A DNA stretch of 63,323 nt, filler included, from Reticulomyxa filosa (lineage: Eukaryota > Protista > Foraminifera): the NCBI GenBank assembly GCA_000512085.1. It is 21 parts of 21 records of this genome, joined end to end, with 100 filler letters (N's around TTAATTAATTAA, not from the genome) between each part and the next. Parts side by side here need not be neighbours in the genome. Positions count along the whole stretch, not along the records: positions 1 to 1,404 come from ASPP01021003.1; positions 1,505 to 3,366 come from ASPP01005997.1; positions 3,467 to 9,219 come from ASPP01017880.1; positions 9,320 to 15,593 come from ASPP01024253.1; 17 more parts are not named here. One strand, given 5' to 3'. The notes beneath the pieces are model-generated. The model was not told where the DNA came from and ran no database searches. It saw only the letters and a list, made by a program, of their open reading frames with translations. Positions 1 to 10,853 of this stretch are shown here, piece by piece (the first letter of the stretch is position 1; every line of letters starts with the position of its first letter). The position numbers and the translations under genes are program-made.

Positions 1-126
1 ATATATACATATATGCATATATATATATATATATATGTTTAGTTCCTGTTCAAAGTCCCCTTTTTTTTTTTTTTTTGAACAAGACACAATGTATATACAT
101 ATATCGCGTAACATGAAAATGAAAAG

Positions 127-1347
127 GAATGAAACAGTGGTCGGCAAATGTGTTGTCGTGTTCTGGAGACAGCCTGACAACGAATGAGGAAAATGCAGTA
201 AGCTTTTTGGACTGGTTTGTGAAGCAATACCCGAACCGCCTTCGGCATATTGAAGAGATATCGCACGCGATAATTAACGAGATTGCGAGCAGTTCGACGG
301 AAGGTCTTCATAACATTGCGATCCCGGTAATGTCGTCTCAAGAGCTGGGACTTAATGTGTTGCAGAGGCTCCATTCTTCGGTGGGCATGGAGAACTTGCT
401 CAACGGAGTGGCCGTCATGAATGGAGTCAGTCCGTTTCAAGACATCCTCCGTCTTGGAGCCAGCACTAATGCAGCAGCAACAACAACAACAACAACAGCG
501 ACAATGGCTAGTCTTAACAATAATAGTTTCAATGCAAATACAAATACAAATACAAATGCAATTGCAAATGTCAGTGTCAATGTTAATGTTAACGCCAATG
601 GCAATAACAATAGCAATAGCAATAGCAATAGCAATATAAGTATGACTGACTGGAACGGCAATAGAAGGCACGGAGAGGACATAATATATAATAACAGCAG
701 CAATAACATCGAGGCATTTGTAATCAAAAGCGAGCCGTTGCTGAGCCATTTGCATGTGAGCGATGCAAACTTTGCCATGGCATTGTCGGGTCAACCGGGA
801 GGGCTGTGCAATTTGCCACCGGACATTGAAGACGGTTCAGCGATGAAGTACGCGTTTGCAGAGAAGATGACTGCACACATCAGCAATAGCAGCAACAACA
901 ACAGCAACAACAACAGCAACAACAACAGCAACAACAACAGCAACAGCAGCGACAAGATGGTGAGTCTGAAGCATGAGTCGATAGTGACCGAGGAGGCGCT
1001 GCTGGAGTGTCTGAAGATGAATTGCACCAACGACAAGAGTGTGGACACCAAGCTGCTGAAAAAAAGGAAGCGAACACACGTACACAACGCCGACGTCCCT
1101 GGGACTGCTCACATTCGAATGTCGCACTCCAAACGTCTGCGCTTGCGGAGGGGCACCAGCAGTCAGCAGTACAATCAGGAAAACCAGGCCGAAATCATTT
1201 ACTTTGGCTGTGCCAATTGTGGCAAAAAGTACACCAGCAAAGGGGCGCTGCGGGAACACATTCAAACCATTCACGAGGGGCACACTCCGCATGTTTGCGA
1301 GTTTTGTGGCAAGAAATTTGGTCGTAAGAATTATCTCACTATTCATT
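127..1347 (+). CDS. C2H2 zinc-finger protein, large internal exon (partial)
   Basis: Motif FGCANCGKKYTSKGALREHIQTIH, linker EGHTPH, then VCEFCGKKFGRKNYLTIH. N/S/T low-complexity tracts, basic NLS-like KKRKR. GTATGT donor at 1348. Confidence 0.88.
891..938 (+). repeat. Coding minisatellite (AGCAACAACAAC)x4 encoding SNNN
   Basis: Read directly from the sequence. Confidence 0.9.
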
Positions 1348-1404
1348 GTATGTCCACTTTACTTTTTTTTTTTTTTTTTTAAATTAAAAAAAAAAAAAAA
1401 AAAA

Positions 1405-1504
1405 NNNNNNNNNNNNNNNNNNNNNNNNNNNNNNNNNNNNNNNNNNNNTTAATTAATTAANNNNNNNNNNNNNNNNNNNNNNNNNNNNNNNNNNNNNNNN
1501 NNNN
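1405..1504. other. Artificial contig spacer N44-TTAATTAATTAA-N44 (first of 20)
   Basis: Identical 100-nt spacer with a six-frame stop linker, starting at 1405, 3367, 9220, 15594, 17120, 18635, 22932, 24570, 25670, 28808, 33125, 34821, 43744, 45039, 49496, 50724, 53642, 55096, 56685 and 61428. Genes and GC content break abruptly at each. Confidence 0.99.
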
Positions 1505-2611
1505 AACTGAGGAAGTTTAACCAAAGGGAGCTCCTCAGTTCAATACAAGTTCAACTATGTGTGATAAGGGCTTGCCCTACAAAATGTTTGGATTAAATTT
1601 GGAAAATTGTGCATTGCAACTGAAGCGACTGTCTTTTTCTTCTCAAAAGTTTCAGCATGTGTTATGAAAAATGAATGTAACCAAAAGAATTTACCAACAG
1701 AAACGATGAGATTGTATGATAGTTATTTTAAAAAAAGTTAAGTTATTTGCAAATTTCTACTTGTTGATAGATAGAAGTCGTTTCTTTGGAATGTTCTTCA
1801 TCAAAAATACAATAATATCCATTTTTTTGGACTAAGTAAAATGATATATTTGAGTTTTAAAATTATTTTTATTTTATTTTGAAAATGATTAAATAAGTTG
1901 AGAATTTTAATATATTGACTGATGTTTAGCTGTTGAGTCAGTGCTAGAGTTTGCGCAAAGTCGCAAAAAAATTTCGTGTAAGTCATGAATATTTGCGTAA
2001 ATGGAAGCTGAAGTTAAAGACTGAAAAATTTATTAAGAAGAAACCAAGAAAATGACTTTCGTTAAAAGTACCAGAACGAATTTTGTGTTCTTGCTTTGGA
2101 GTTTTGGAATGGCTATGTATGTAAAATTGATTGAAGTGTCAGTGCAGGTATTTACAAAGAAATTATATATGATAAAATGATCAAAAGTATTAATTGATGT
2201 TTAGAAGATAATGAAGATTGTATATTTCAGCAAGATAATGCCACTAGTCACAAAGCAATTACAGTAAAAAAATTGTTTGAACAAATAATATCAAAGTATT
2301 GGATTTACCTACAAATTATCAAGACATCAATGTTTTGAATCTGAGATAAACTGACAAAGTAAATTGTTATTTTTTTTTAATAACTAGAGTTGTTAATTGT
2401 TACAAAATTTTTTCAATAATAATATTGATCAACTATTTCCTAAAACATTATAACTTCTTTCTTCTTTTCAAAGTACTTAGACTGTAAGGAACTTTTATTT
2501 GACTGTAGTTCTTACTTTGCAATTTCAACTTTGTCACTTAAAAAAAAAAATTATTTTCTTTGTTGGTGTTGTTTTTACCTTTTCTTCTTGTCTTTTGAGT
2601 AAAGTTAAAAA

Positions 2612-3319
2612 ATGGTGGTTGTTCATTTATCTTCGACATATGGCTCAACCTCAGGAACGTCTACGGGACCTTCAGGACCTTCTGGCCAAAGCACTGCCGT
2701 CACCAAACTTAGTTTTTGGTCAACTCCCGAATATATTTGTTTAGTATTCATTTCTTTATTTTTGAATTTGCAATGTGATGAGAAAAAAAGATTACCACAA
2801 AAAACGATTGATTTATTTGGATGCACAGGTGCAGCCAAGTTGTTTTGGGGGACAACAAGCGCCGTCTACGGAGACAATAGTTAACAGAAAAAAAGAGAAA
2901 GAGAGAACAATACTATAAACAACAACAATAATACACTATAAAAGAATTGCAAATAATACAAAAGGCAACGGAACAAAGACAACGCTTCAGTTATCAAGCG
3001 GTGAATGGATTTGTGCAATTTATGTGAGTGTAAGTCAAAATGGAATACTGCAAGGTATTACCTTTGACAGCAATATTAGCTCGAGAGTGATGACTGTCGG
3101 ATATATGGGTTAGAATGTCTTCCACAAACAAATATATGTTTTATGTACGTGTCTGTGTGTACGTACAAGTGCGTATCGATGCACACACACAAGTGGCGAA
3201 AGGGGGAGGAAAAAAAAGCTGCAAATTGAAAATAAAAATTTGAATTGAATCAAATCGAACGTATACATATGTGTGTGTATGTATATTTGTTAATTGTCAA
3301 ATAGGTGATACGACGTTTT
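2612..3319 (+). CDS. Jacalin-like lectin domain protein, spliced (exons 2612-2738, 2829-2879, 2965-3108, tentative 3305-3319), 3' partial
   Basis: Phase-consistent GT-AG splicing gives MVVVHLSSTYGSTSGTSTGPSGPSGQSTAVTKLSFWSTPEYICAAKLFWGTTSAVYGDNSNGTKTTLQLSSGEWICAIYVSVSQNGILQGITFDSNISSRVMTVGYMG. This fits the jacalin beta-prism pattern (YG..G, L..GE.I..I, L.GI.F.sN..R...G). Confidence 0.7.
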
Positions 3320-3516
3320 GTTGACAATTTTATTTATCTTTGGTTTTTGTTTTTTTTTTTTTTTTTNNNNNNNNNNNNNNNNNNNNNNNNNNNNNNNNNN
3401 NNNNNNNNNNTTAATTAATTAANNNNNNNNNNNNNNNNNNNNNNNNNNNNNNNNNNNNNNNNNNNNAAAAAAAAAAAAAAGTGATGTTGTGTTGAAACAA
3501 TTGCAGCACTCATAAT

Positions 3517-4289
3517 ATGGCTTTTCCTTCACACTCTGGAGCCAGTGAAGGAACAAGTAACAATGCCAGCATGTCGCCGCATTTTTCTGCGATGGCAAGA
3601 CCGCCATGGTCGTCGAACGGCGGAAACGCAATAAACCCAGGGGCGAGTATGGGCCATGGGACCAGATTGGGAGGCTTGCAAAGCGCAGGAGCAGTGTATT
3701 CGACAGTCCCTCCAACGCAACAAGGAACGACAGCGCCAATAGGTAGCGCGACAACAACAGCAAACCCGGCTTCGGTGATCCCGCATTACATTGTCGGAAA
3801 CACAGTCGCAATCCCTTTTCCAGTGCCGTTTTCACACAACGCATACCCACCGCACTACATGCAGCCACTCATCTATCCATCGTCGTCATATGCCATTTAT
3901 CCGTCCCAAGTCATTGGTTCCGGAGTGCCCCCTTCCACCGCTAATGTCAGCGCCAACGTCGCCGTCACTTCGCTCGTGCCCAGTGCCAATAACCCATTGC
4001 ACACAGGAGCAAGAGACTTTGCGCCTGTGTACATTGCCGCTCCAATCAGTGGTACCAATGCGGATATTGGCATTATTAATACCACTGCGACTGCTAATAC
4101 TACTGCCGCTGTGGTTCCTCCCCCTACCCCAGCAACAGCAACAGCAACAACAACAGCGACAGCAGTAAACAATATTATCACTGCTGCTATTCCCATTGCA
4201 ACAACAACAACTGGCACTATTCCTATGGCGAATACTACAGCTGCAACGGCCATCATTCCGACAATGACAGCCACCAATGGTGCAATGGC

Positions 4290-4321
<32 letters not shown>

Positions 4322-5317
4322 CGGCGACTACAAACTCTGCCACTGCTGCTTCTACTGCGACGATGGCCACTGGTACGACGGCTGCCGCCACCACCACCAC
4401 CACCACCGCTGCTATCGCCTCCAATGTCAACGGCAACAATGGGCACTTGCCGAGTTTGGTGAGACACAATTCGATGAACTCGAGCTTCTCTTCACTTCCT
4501 GGCACGCGTGGTAATATGGCCTCGTTGCGCATGAGTCCGTCGTCTGGGTCCGTCCCCATGGCTATCAACGATCGGGAGTATCCGAGTGATAACAAAGAAA
4601 ACAATGTCGAAAGGACAGAGGTTGTAAACAAAACCAAACATCAGTACCCGAATTCCACGGCTTCTCCTGCATTGCTTTCCAGAGAGTTGGCTTCCATTTC
4701 GTCCATCACTGGAAGCGCAGTTGGAGTCGGAGTCGGAGTCGGAGTCGGAGTCGGCGACATGGAGGCAACTCCTTCTGTCAGAAATCAACATCATAATAAC
4801 AAGGTTCCAGATATATTTCACACAACAAACTCGACCAGTAGTGTCGTTATGACAAACACTACCAAGTCCCCCAGACCCATATTTACCAGATCTTCTTCCT
4901 TTCGATATGGGATAACACCACAAACCACTGCATCGTCCGCCAGCAGCGCTGATGGCATCACGCCCCGTGCAGAAAGCAAAGAGGATAGCCGCAGTAGTGA
5001 TATATCACCACTCTCACCTCAATTGCATCGAGTTCCAAGTATGGGTGTATCTTCCACTCATCACACTTCACCTCCTGGGGCTGTGGACATACGCACTGTA
5101 CATCAAGGTATATATACATATGTATATATATGTATATACAAATGTATATGTATACATATATACATACAATGTACTATTTTTGTGGCCATGATAACAAGCT
5201 GAGACAAACCCACGTTTTCGTGCGGGATCTTCTCGAGCGAACATTACACAATCTTTACCCAGTGTTCAAACATCTCACAAAGATCAAAATCGATCTCGGA
5301 ATTATTCTACTCAATAG
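3517..5317 (+). CDS. Low-complexity Thr/Ala/Ser/Pro-rich protein (exons ..-5107 and 5199-5317), probably 5' partial
   Basis: Long GC-richer ORF. GTATAT donor at 5108 and AAG acceptor at 5198 keep the frame to TAG at 5315-5317. No recognisable domain. Confidence 0.7.
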
Positions 5318-6186
5318 ACACAAATTTGCGTATGATGTGATGACAAATATCCTTGATTTTTTTGTTTTGTTTGTTCTGGTTTTTTTGTTTTTTTTTATTT
5401 GTTTTGTCTTTTGTTTTTTTTTTTTTTTGGTTATAGACTTCTGGTGGAATTCCATTTATTTGTTGTGTGTATCTTTATTTTTTAGATTTTTTATTTTTTA
5501 TTTTTTTTTTTGTTTCTGTTTTTTTTTTTTTTTTGCTTCACCCAATCCTTTGCACATTCAAAAGCTGGGACTATAAAATGTTTGCAAGAATATTAAAAAC
5601 AATGGATTTTTTTTCTCCTCCCCTTTTTTTGAATCTTCATTGATGGTTTTTTTTGCCCTTTTTCGTTTTGTTGATGGTGGCATTTTTTGAAACCAGTAAG
5701 CAAAGGAATTATTGTTAATTTCATTCTTTCTATTTTGCTTGTTATGCGTGTTTTTTAATAACTCTTTCTTGGTTTTTGGGGAGTGCAAGTGTCTTTTGCA
5801 CGTTGGACAATTCGTCCATCTCTTTTGTGATTAGTTACATTGAAGTCGCTTTTGGGTGAATGGAACTGTGATCAAAACGACTTTCTTGCATATTTGAAAA
5901 TAGTACAAACGATGTTCACATGATTTTTACCTTGAAATAGGAAAAAACTATTATTCGTAAGGATCACTGTTCCAAATTTTTTAAAACATAAATAAAAAGG
6001 CAATGCACTTATTTTGAATTTTGGAAAATTTCTACAAATGCAAAAAATATTGCGGTGCTTGCTTTTCTTTTTCTTCAAAGGACCAAAAAATAATTACATG
6101 TGAAGATCACAAACGATATGTTCACAAACTATGTGCACTTTGTTAAAAACAAATGCTTATCAGAACACAAATTAACAAACAAAAAA

Positions 6187-9100
6187 TCAAAATATTCCAT
6201 CACGCTGCTCCACAAGTAATTTTTGTTGAGAAGTCAAACCGTTTGCGTTCTTCCAAATACTGCCTTTCATCGATAAACCACTTTGAACACCCACTCTCCA
6301 AACACATTTCACCAAATTAGTCTCGGTCACATCAACTAATTTATTATCATTGCTACTCCATAATCGAATTGTTTTATCCTTGGAACATGACACTATTTTT
6401 GAACCATCAGGAGAAACATGAATTCCTCCAATAGTCGCATTATGCCCTTCCAATAATTGTATTTGCCGTCCTGAAGACACATCCCATATTCGAATAGTTT
6501 TGTCGTCCGAATATGAGATAATTTTAGAACCATCTGATAAAAATTGTACTTCCTGTACACAACCTGAGTGCCCTTCAAATATTTGAACTCGTTCTCCAGA
6601 TAGTACATCCCACAATCGTATTGTTTTGTCATCAGAACATGATACAATTTTGGTACCATCGGGCGAAAAGTGTGCGTCATTTATCCATTCCGAATGTCCT
6701 TCTAGTGACAGGAGTTGCTTTTGAGATACATCCCAGATTCGAATAGTTTTATCTGTCGAATATGACACAATCTTAGATCCATCTGGTGAAAATTGAACTC
6801 CAGATACAATATTTGAATGCCCCGAGAATAATAGAAGTTGTTTTCCAGATAATGCATCCCACAGCCGTACTGTTCTATCAGCAGAGCAAGACACGATTTT
6901 TGACTCATCTGGTGAAAGTTGCACCCCTAATACTCGAGAGGAGTGACCATCTAATAATCGAATTTGCCCTCCTGAAGATACATCCCATATTCGTATTGTT
7001 TTATCATCCGAACATGACACAATTTTTGAACCATTTGAGGATAATTGCACTGTATTTATATCCTTTGTATGTCCTTCTAATATTTGAATTTGTTTTCCAG
7101 ACAACACGTCCCATATTCGTATTGTCTTATCTCCTGAATAGGATATAAGTTTGGAATCATCTCGTGAAAATAATACTTCAAACACATGATGTGAATGACC
7201 TTCAAACATCTGAATCTGCCTTCCTGATTTTGCGTCCCATAAGCGAATGCTTTTGTCCAATGAACATGATACAACTTTAGTACTATCAGATGAAAACTGT
7301 ACACTCATTAAGGCATCTGAGTGTCCTTCTGCTAACTGAATTGTTCTTTCTAAAGTTATATCCCATATTCGGATTGTCCCATCATATGAACATGACAAAA
7401 TTTTGGGCTCCTTTGGAAAGAATTCCACTCCATTTACAACACTGGAATGCCCTTCCAACACTTGCAGCTGTCTTCCGGATGATACATCCCATATGCGAAT
7501 TGTATTATCAAATGAGCCAGAAACAATTCTAGAACTATCAGGCGAAAATCGTGCTGCCTCTACACGATTTGAATGTCCTTCTAATACTTGGAGTTGTTTT
7601 CCAGACATCAAACTCCATATTCGTATCGTTTTATCCTTTGAATATGACAAAATTTTGGAGGAATCGGAAGATAGTTGAACACCAAGAATATCATCTGTAT
7701 GTCCTTCCAATATTTGATTTTGCTCGCCTGATAATACGTTCCATATTCGAATAGTTTTATCAAATGAATAGGATATAATACTTAATCCATTAGATGTAAA
7801 TTTTACTCCAAGTACAGTATCCGAATGCCCTTTGAGTATTTGAAGTTGTTTTCCAGTCAATGCATCCCATAATTGAATTGTGTTATCACTTGAACATGAC
7901 ACAATCTTGGAACAATCTGGTGAAAATTGTGCTGCATTTACTGTGTCTTTATGTTCTTCTAATAATTGGGTTTGTTTTCCAGACAATGTGTCCCATACAC
8001 GAATTGTACTATCCAATGAACATGCTACAACCCTAAGACCATCCGGTGAAAATTGTGTTGAATTTATAAGCGATGAATGTCCTTCTAGCTGGAAGTGTTG
8101 GCCTGATAATACGTCCCATATTCGAATAGTATTATCTTCGGAATGTGACAAAATTTTAGATCCATCAGATGAAAATTGTGCTTCACTTATGTAACTTGAA
8201 TGCCCTTCCAATAGTTTCAGTTGTTTCCCTGATAATGCATCCCATATTCGAATGGTTTTGTCCCAGGAGTAAGATAAAATTTTCGTTCCATCTGATGAAA
8301 ATTGAATTCCATTTACTCTCTTCGAATGCCCCTTCAAATAGGCATACTCTCCAAAGTAGATTCCATTCATTGACACATTTGTGAAATCAACCTTGTTTAA
8401 GCAACACTGAACAAAACGAACATTATCCAAATTTGCATTGTTAAACTTAGTTCCTTCAAGAAATGCACGATTTAAAATTGCATAAGGAATTTTGATATTG
8501 CTCCAATCTCTGTAGTGCATGTTAATATTTGCTGAATTAAGTACAGTAATCGCATTTGCTGCTCCAATACTAAAATATTTGTTTGTTTTGGATGCTTCAA
8601 TAATTCTGAATAATCTTGATTTTAAATTTACAAATATTGGATTGGTATCATGAATTCGCTCCGCAATGAATTGAATAATTCCTAATTCTTCATTTAATAA
8701 TTTACGATTGACAGATAATTTTTGAGTATGTGTTTCAAATTGTTGTTGGAACTGCTGATTATTAATATCATCAATATTAGGCTTCCATGACACAATATCA
8801 AATATAATTTTTTGTGCTGCATAATATTCTTGACAGGATTTGTGTAAAAATTGATACTTATTATCACCAACTCTTCTCAGCACATATTTTGCAATGCTGT
8901 CACCATTAAAATACTTTTCCCAAATATCTTGTGTTTGTTCAACTGAGGTATCCACTTCATTTGTTTTAATTTCTGATTTTTCATCTTCATCTTTACCATC
9001 CATGTCTATATTTGGATCTAATTTGCTCAAAATTTCGTCACTTGCATATCTTTTAGCATCGTTTTCTGTTGCAAGCTGATTTCCCTGAATGAACATGTCA

Positions 9101-9219
9101 AATGCCAAATCTTGACAATAACGTTGAAATGATGATTTAATTTTTTTGGGATTTGTTCGTATTCTTAATTCCGATAATTTATTTAAAATGTTGTTCACAT
9201 GAATGTCAATCCATTGTTC
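6187..9219 (-). CDS. NLR-like protein: NACHT-type winged helix + pentapeptide repeats + 16 WD40 repeats (5' truncated by contig end)
   Basis: YQFLHKSCQEYYAA is the FxHxSxQEY motif of NACHT/STAND proteins. It is followed by AANAITVL, pentapeptides (AILNR-AFLEG-TKFNN-ANLDN) and 16 repeats of about 42 aa (GH...WD, counted by hand). No introns. Confidence 0.93.
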   Translation of the reverse strand, partial: EQWIDIHVNNILNKLSELRIRTNPKKIKSSFQRYCQDLAFDMFIQGNQLATENDAKRYASDEILSKLDPNIDMDGKDEDEKSEIKTNEVDTSVEQTQDIWEKYFNGDSIAKYVLRRVGDNKYQFLHKSCQEYYAAQKIIFDIVSWKPNIDDINNQQFQQQFETHTQKLSVNRKLLNEELGIIQFIAERIHDTNPIFVNLKSRLFRIIEASKTNKYFSIGAANAITVLNSANINMHYRDWSNIKIPYAILNRAFLEGTKFNNANLDNVRFVQCCLNKVDFTNVSMNGIYFGEYAYLKGHSKRVNGIQFSSDGTKILSYSWDKTIRIWDALSGKQLKLLEGHSSYISEAQFSSDGSKILSHSEDNTIRIWDVLSGQHFQLEGHSSLINSTQFSPDGLRVVACSLDSTIRVWDTLSGKQTQLLEEHKDTVNAAQFSPDCSKIVSCSSDNTIQLWDALTGKQLQILKGHSDTVLGVKFTSNGLSIISYSFDKTIRIWNVLSGEQNQILEGHTDDILGVQLSSDSSKILSYSKDKTIRIWSLMSGKQLQVLEGHSNRVEAARFSPDSSRIVSGSFDNTIRIWDVSSGRQLQVLEGHSSVVNGVEFFPKEPKILSCSYDGTIRIWDITLERTIQLAEGHSDALMSVQFSSDSTKVVSCSLDKSIRLWDAKSGRQIQMFEGHSHHVFEVLFSRDDSKLISYSGDKTIRIWDVLSGKQIQILEGHTKDINTVQLSSNGSKIVSCSDDKTIRIWDVSSGGQIRLLDGHSSRVLGVQLSPDESKIVSCSADRTVRLWDALSGKQLLLFSGHSNIVSGVQFSPDGSKIVSYSTDKTIRIWDVSQKQLLSLEGHSEWINDAHFSPDGTKIVSCSDDKTIRLWDVLSGERVQIFEGHSGCVQEVQFLSDGSKIISYSDDKTIRIWDVSSGRQIQLLEGHNATIGGIHVSPDGSKIVSCSKDKTIRLWSSNDNKLVDVTETNLVKCVWRVGVQSGLSMKGSIWKNANGLTSQQKLLVEQRDGIF

Positions 9220-9319
9220 NNNNNNNNNNNNNNNNNNNNNNNNNNNNNNNNNNNNNNNNNNNNTTAATTAATTAANNNNNNNNNNNNNNNNNNNNNNNNN
9301 NNNNNNNNNNNNNNNNNNN

Positions 9320-9919
9320 ATCTTTCCGTGTTAACTTTTGGTCTAGTGTCACACATCGATTTTCCGCAACCTGGCGAGCCCTTTTTTTTTAATAATTTTT
9401 CACAAAAAAGGGGGTTTGACGTTCCCAGCAACGTCTTTCAAGGTGGAGAAGAGAAAAGTGCGTGGAAAAGTACTTTTCTTACTTTTCGGTGTTTTCCAAT
9501 TGCTCTCGAATCGTTTTATTGTGAATGCTGAGTTGCTCGTTTTCGGCAACTATCTTGTCTTGTAATAATTGGTAGTGTTTCTCCGAATCTTTCGTGCGCT
9601 GTCTAAAATCCACCTCTGTTTCTGCTAACAGCTTTCGCAATCGATCCACTTCACTACGATCCTCTCTTTGGTATCTCATCAACATCTGAAGGCGATGATT
9701 CAAGTTACGCAGTTCTCGCTTCTCATTCATACGCTTTTTTTGTGCTGGAGATGTCAAATCAAATCCCCTTTTTTTTTTTTTAAGGGTTAATTTCCGAGTC
9801 AGTTTTAAGAAGCTGAACAAACAACATTTTACCTACCCTTCGTCTTCTTGCTCATTATCTGGTTCTAGAGGCTGAGAGGCAGCACTGCGATTATTTTCTT
9901 TTGTTGGAGGTTGCGACAT
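9320..9919 (-). CDS. Lamin/intermediate-filament-like protein, N-terminal part (exons 9919-9837, 9767-9483, 9380-9320)
   Basis: Two phase-2 introns (GTAGGT and GTAAGA donors, AAG acceptors) give MSQPPTKEN...GGFDLTSPAQKKRMNEKRELRNLNHRLQMLMRYQREDRSEVDRLRKLLAETEVDFRQRTKDSEKHYQ. This is an SP site followed by the coil-1A signature EKxELxxLNxRL at lamin spacing, then coiled coil. Confidence 0.75.
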
Positions 9920-10119
9920 GATGTGACTTGTTTCTGGCAGTTCAGAGAAAATAGAACTATGGCGGGAAAAAAAAACTTAGCCTTGCAAAAAAGTCAAAAT
10001 TGCTTGGAAAAGTTAAATAATCCGTTTGTTGTACGCCCAGATAAAGATCTTTATAAAAGACAAGTTAAAAGTAGGCTTTTATTGTTGATTTTTGCAGTTT
10101 AAAAAAGAAATAAAAATAT

Positions 10120-10269
10120 AATATCTGAATGTCCTCCTAAATATGCATATTCACCAAAATAAATATTATTCATTGATGAATTTATAAAATTAGATTTATT
10201 TAAACAAGCTTGAACAAAATTAACATTATCTAAATTAGCATTACTAAAATCAGTTCCTTCAAGAAATGC
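10120..10269 (-). pseudogene. Isolated fragment of the pentapeptide-to-first-WD40 junction of the NACHT-WD40 family
   Basis: AFLEGTDFSNANLDNVNFVQACLNKSNFINSSMNNIYFGEYAYLGGHSD is colinear with 8466-8323 of the gene at 6187-9219. There is no continuation on either side. Confidence 0.85.
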
Positions 10270-10853
10270 TGCATCCTCAAACAAAAAAGCAAAACAATAA
10301 CATGTTACAATAAGGTCGGGTGAATTCTTGGGGATAATACAGTTATCAATAAACTTGAATTTAACTTAAATGTTGCAAAGTGTAATTTTTTTAATTTTTT
10401 GCCAAAAACAATTATCATTTTGATTGGTCGTTTGAGAGTGAAATGTCGCAAGAGTTTAAACAAAGAATTTAAAAAACACAAAACTTAGAGAAAAATTTGA
10501 TACGAAATGTTTAAAATTCCGTCTTACAATGTGAAGTTACAAGAGATTCTTAACAAACACAAAAATATTGACTGTTCTGCAAATTTCAATAAGTTAAAGT
10601 AAATTGATTACAAGAGTAAACAAAAAAATAACGAAAAGAGGTTGACTGAAATAATCACCGAGTGACTGTCCATTTTATTAACATTATTTAAGTTCTTTTT
10701 AGTCTTTAGTTAGCAAATAAGTTTTTGATACTTTGCTATTGGAGTTGAAAAATCTATTGTATTTAAATATACTTTATAAAATCGTTTAACTGGCTGTCCT
10801 TGGTATAATGTCGACTGTAAGTTGTTTTCAAGTAGGACCCTTCTAAAAAAAAA

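Noticed and set aside
39-1087. Poly-Cys/Leu/Val/Gln ORFs overlapping real genes (also 3886-4637, 29229-29710, 50835-51308, 54053-54592)
   Set aside because: They are shadow frames of coding microsatellites in the real genes.
1449-1460. TTAATTAATTAA recurring 20 times, as a repeat, CRISPR or IES-like element
   Set aside because: Always centred in exactly 44+44 Ns; it is an artificial six-frame-stop linker.
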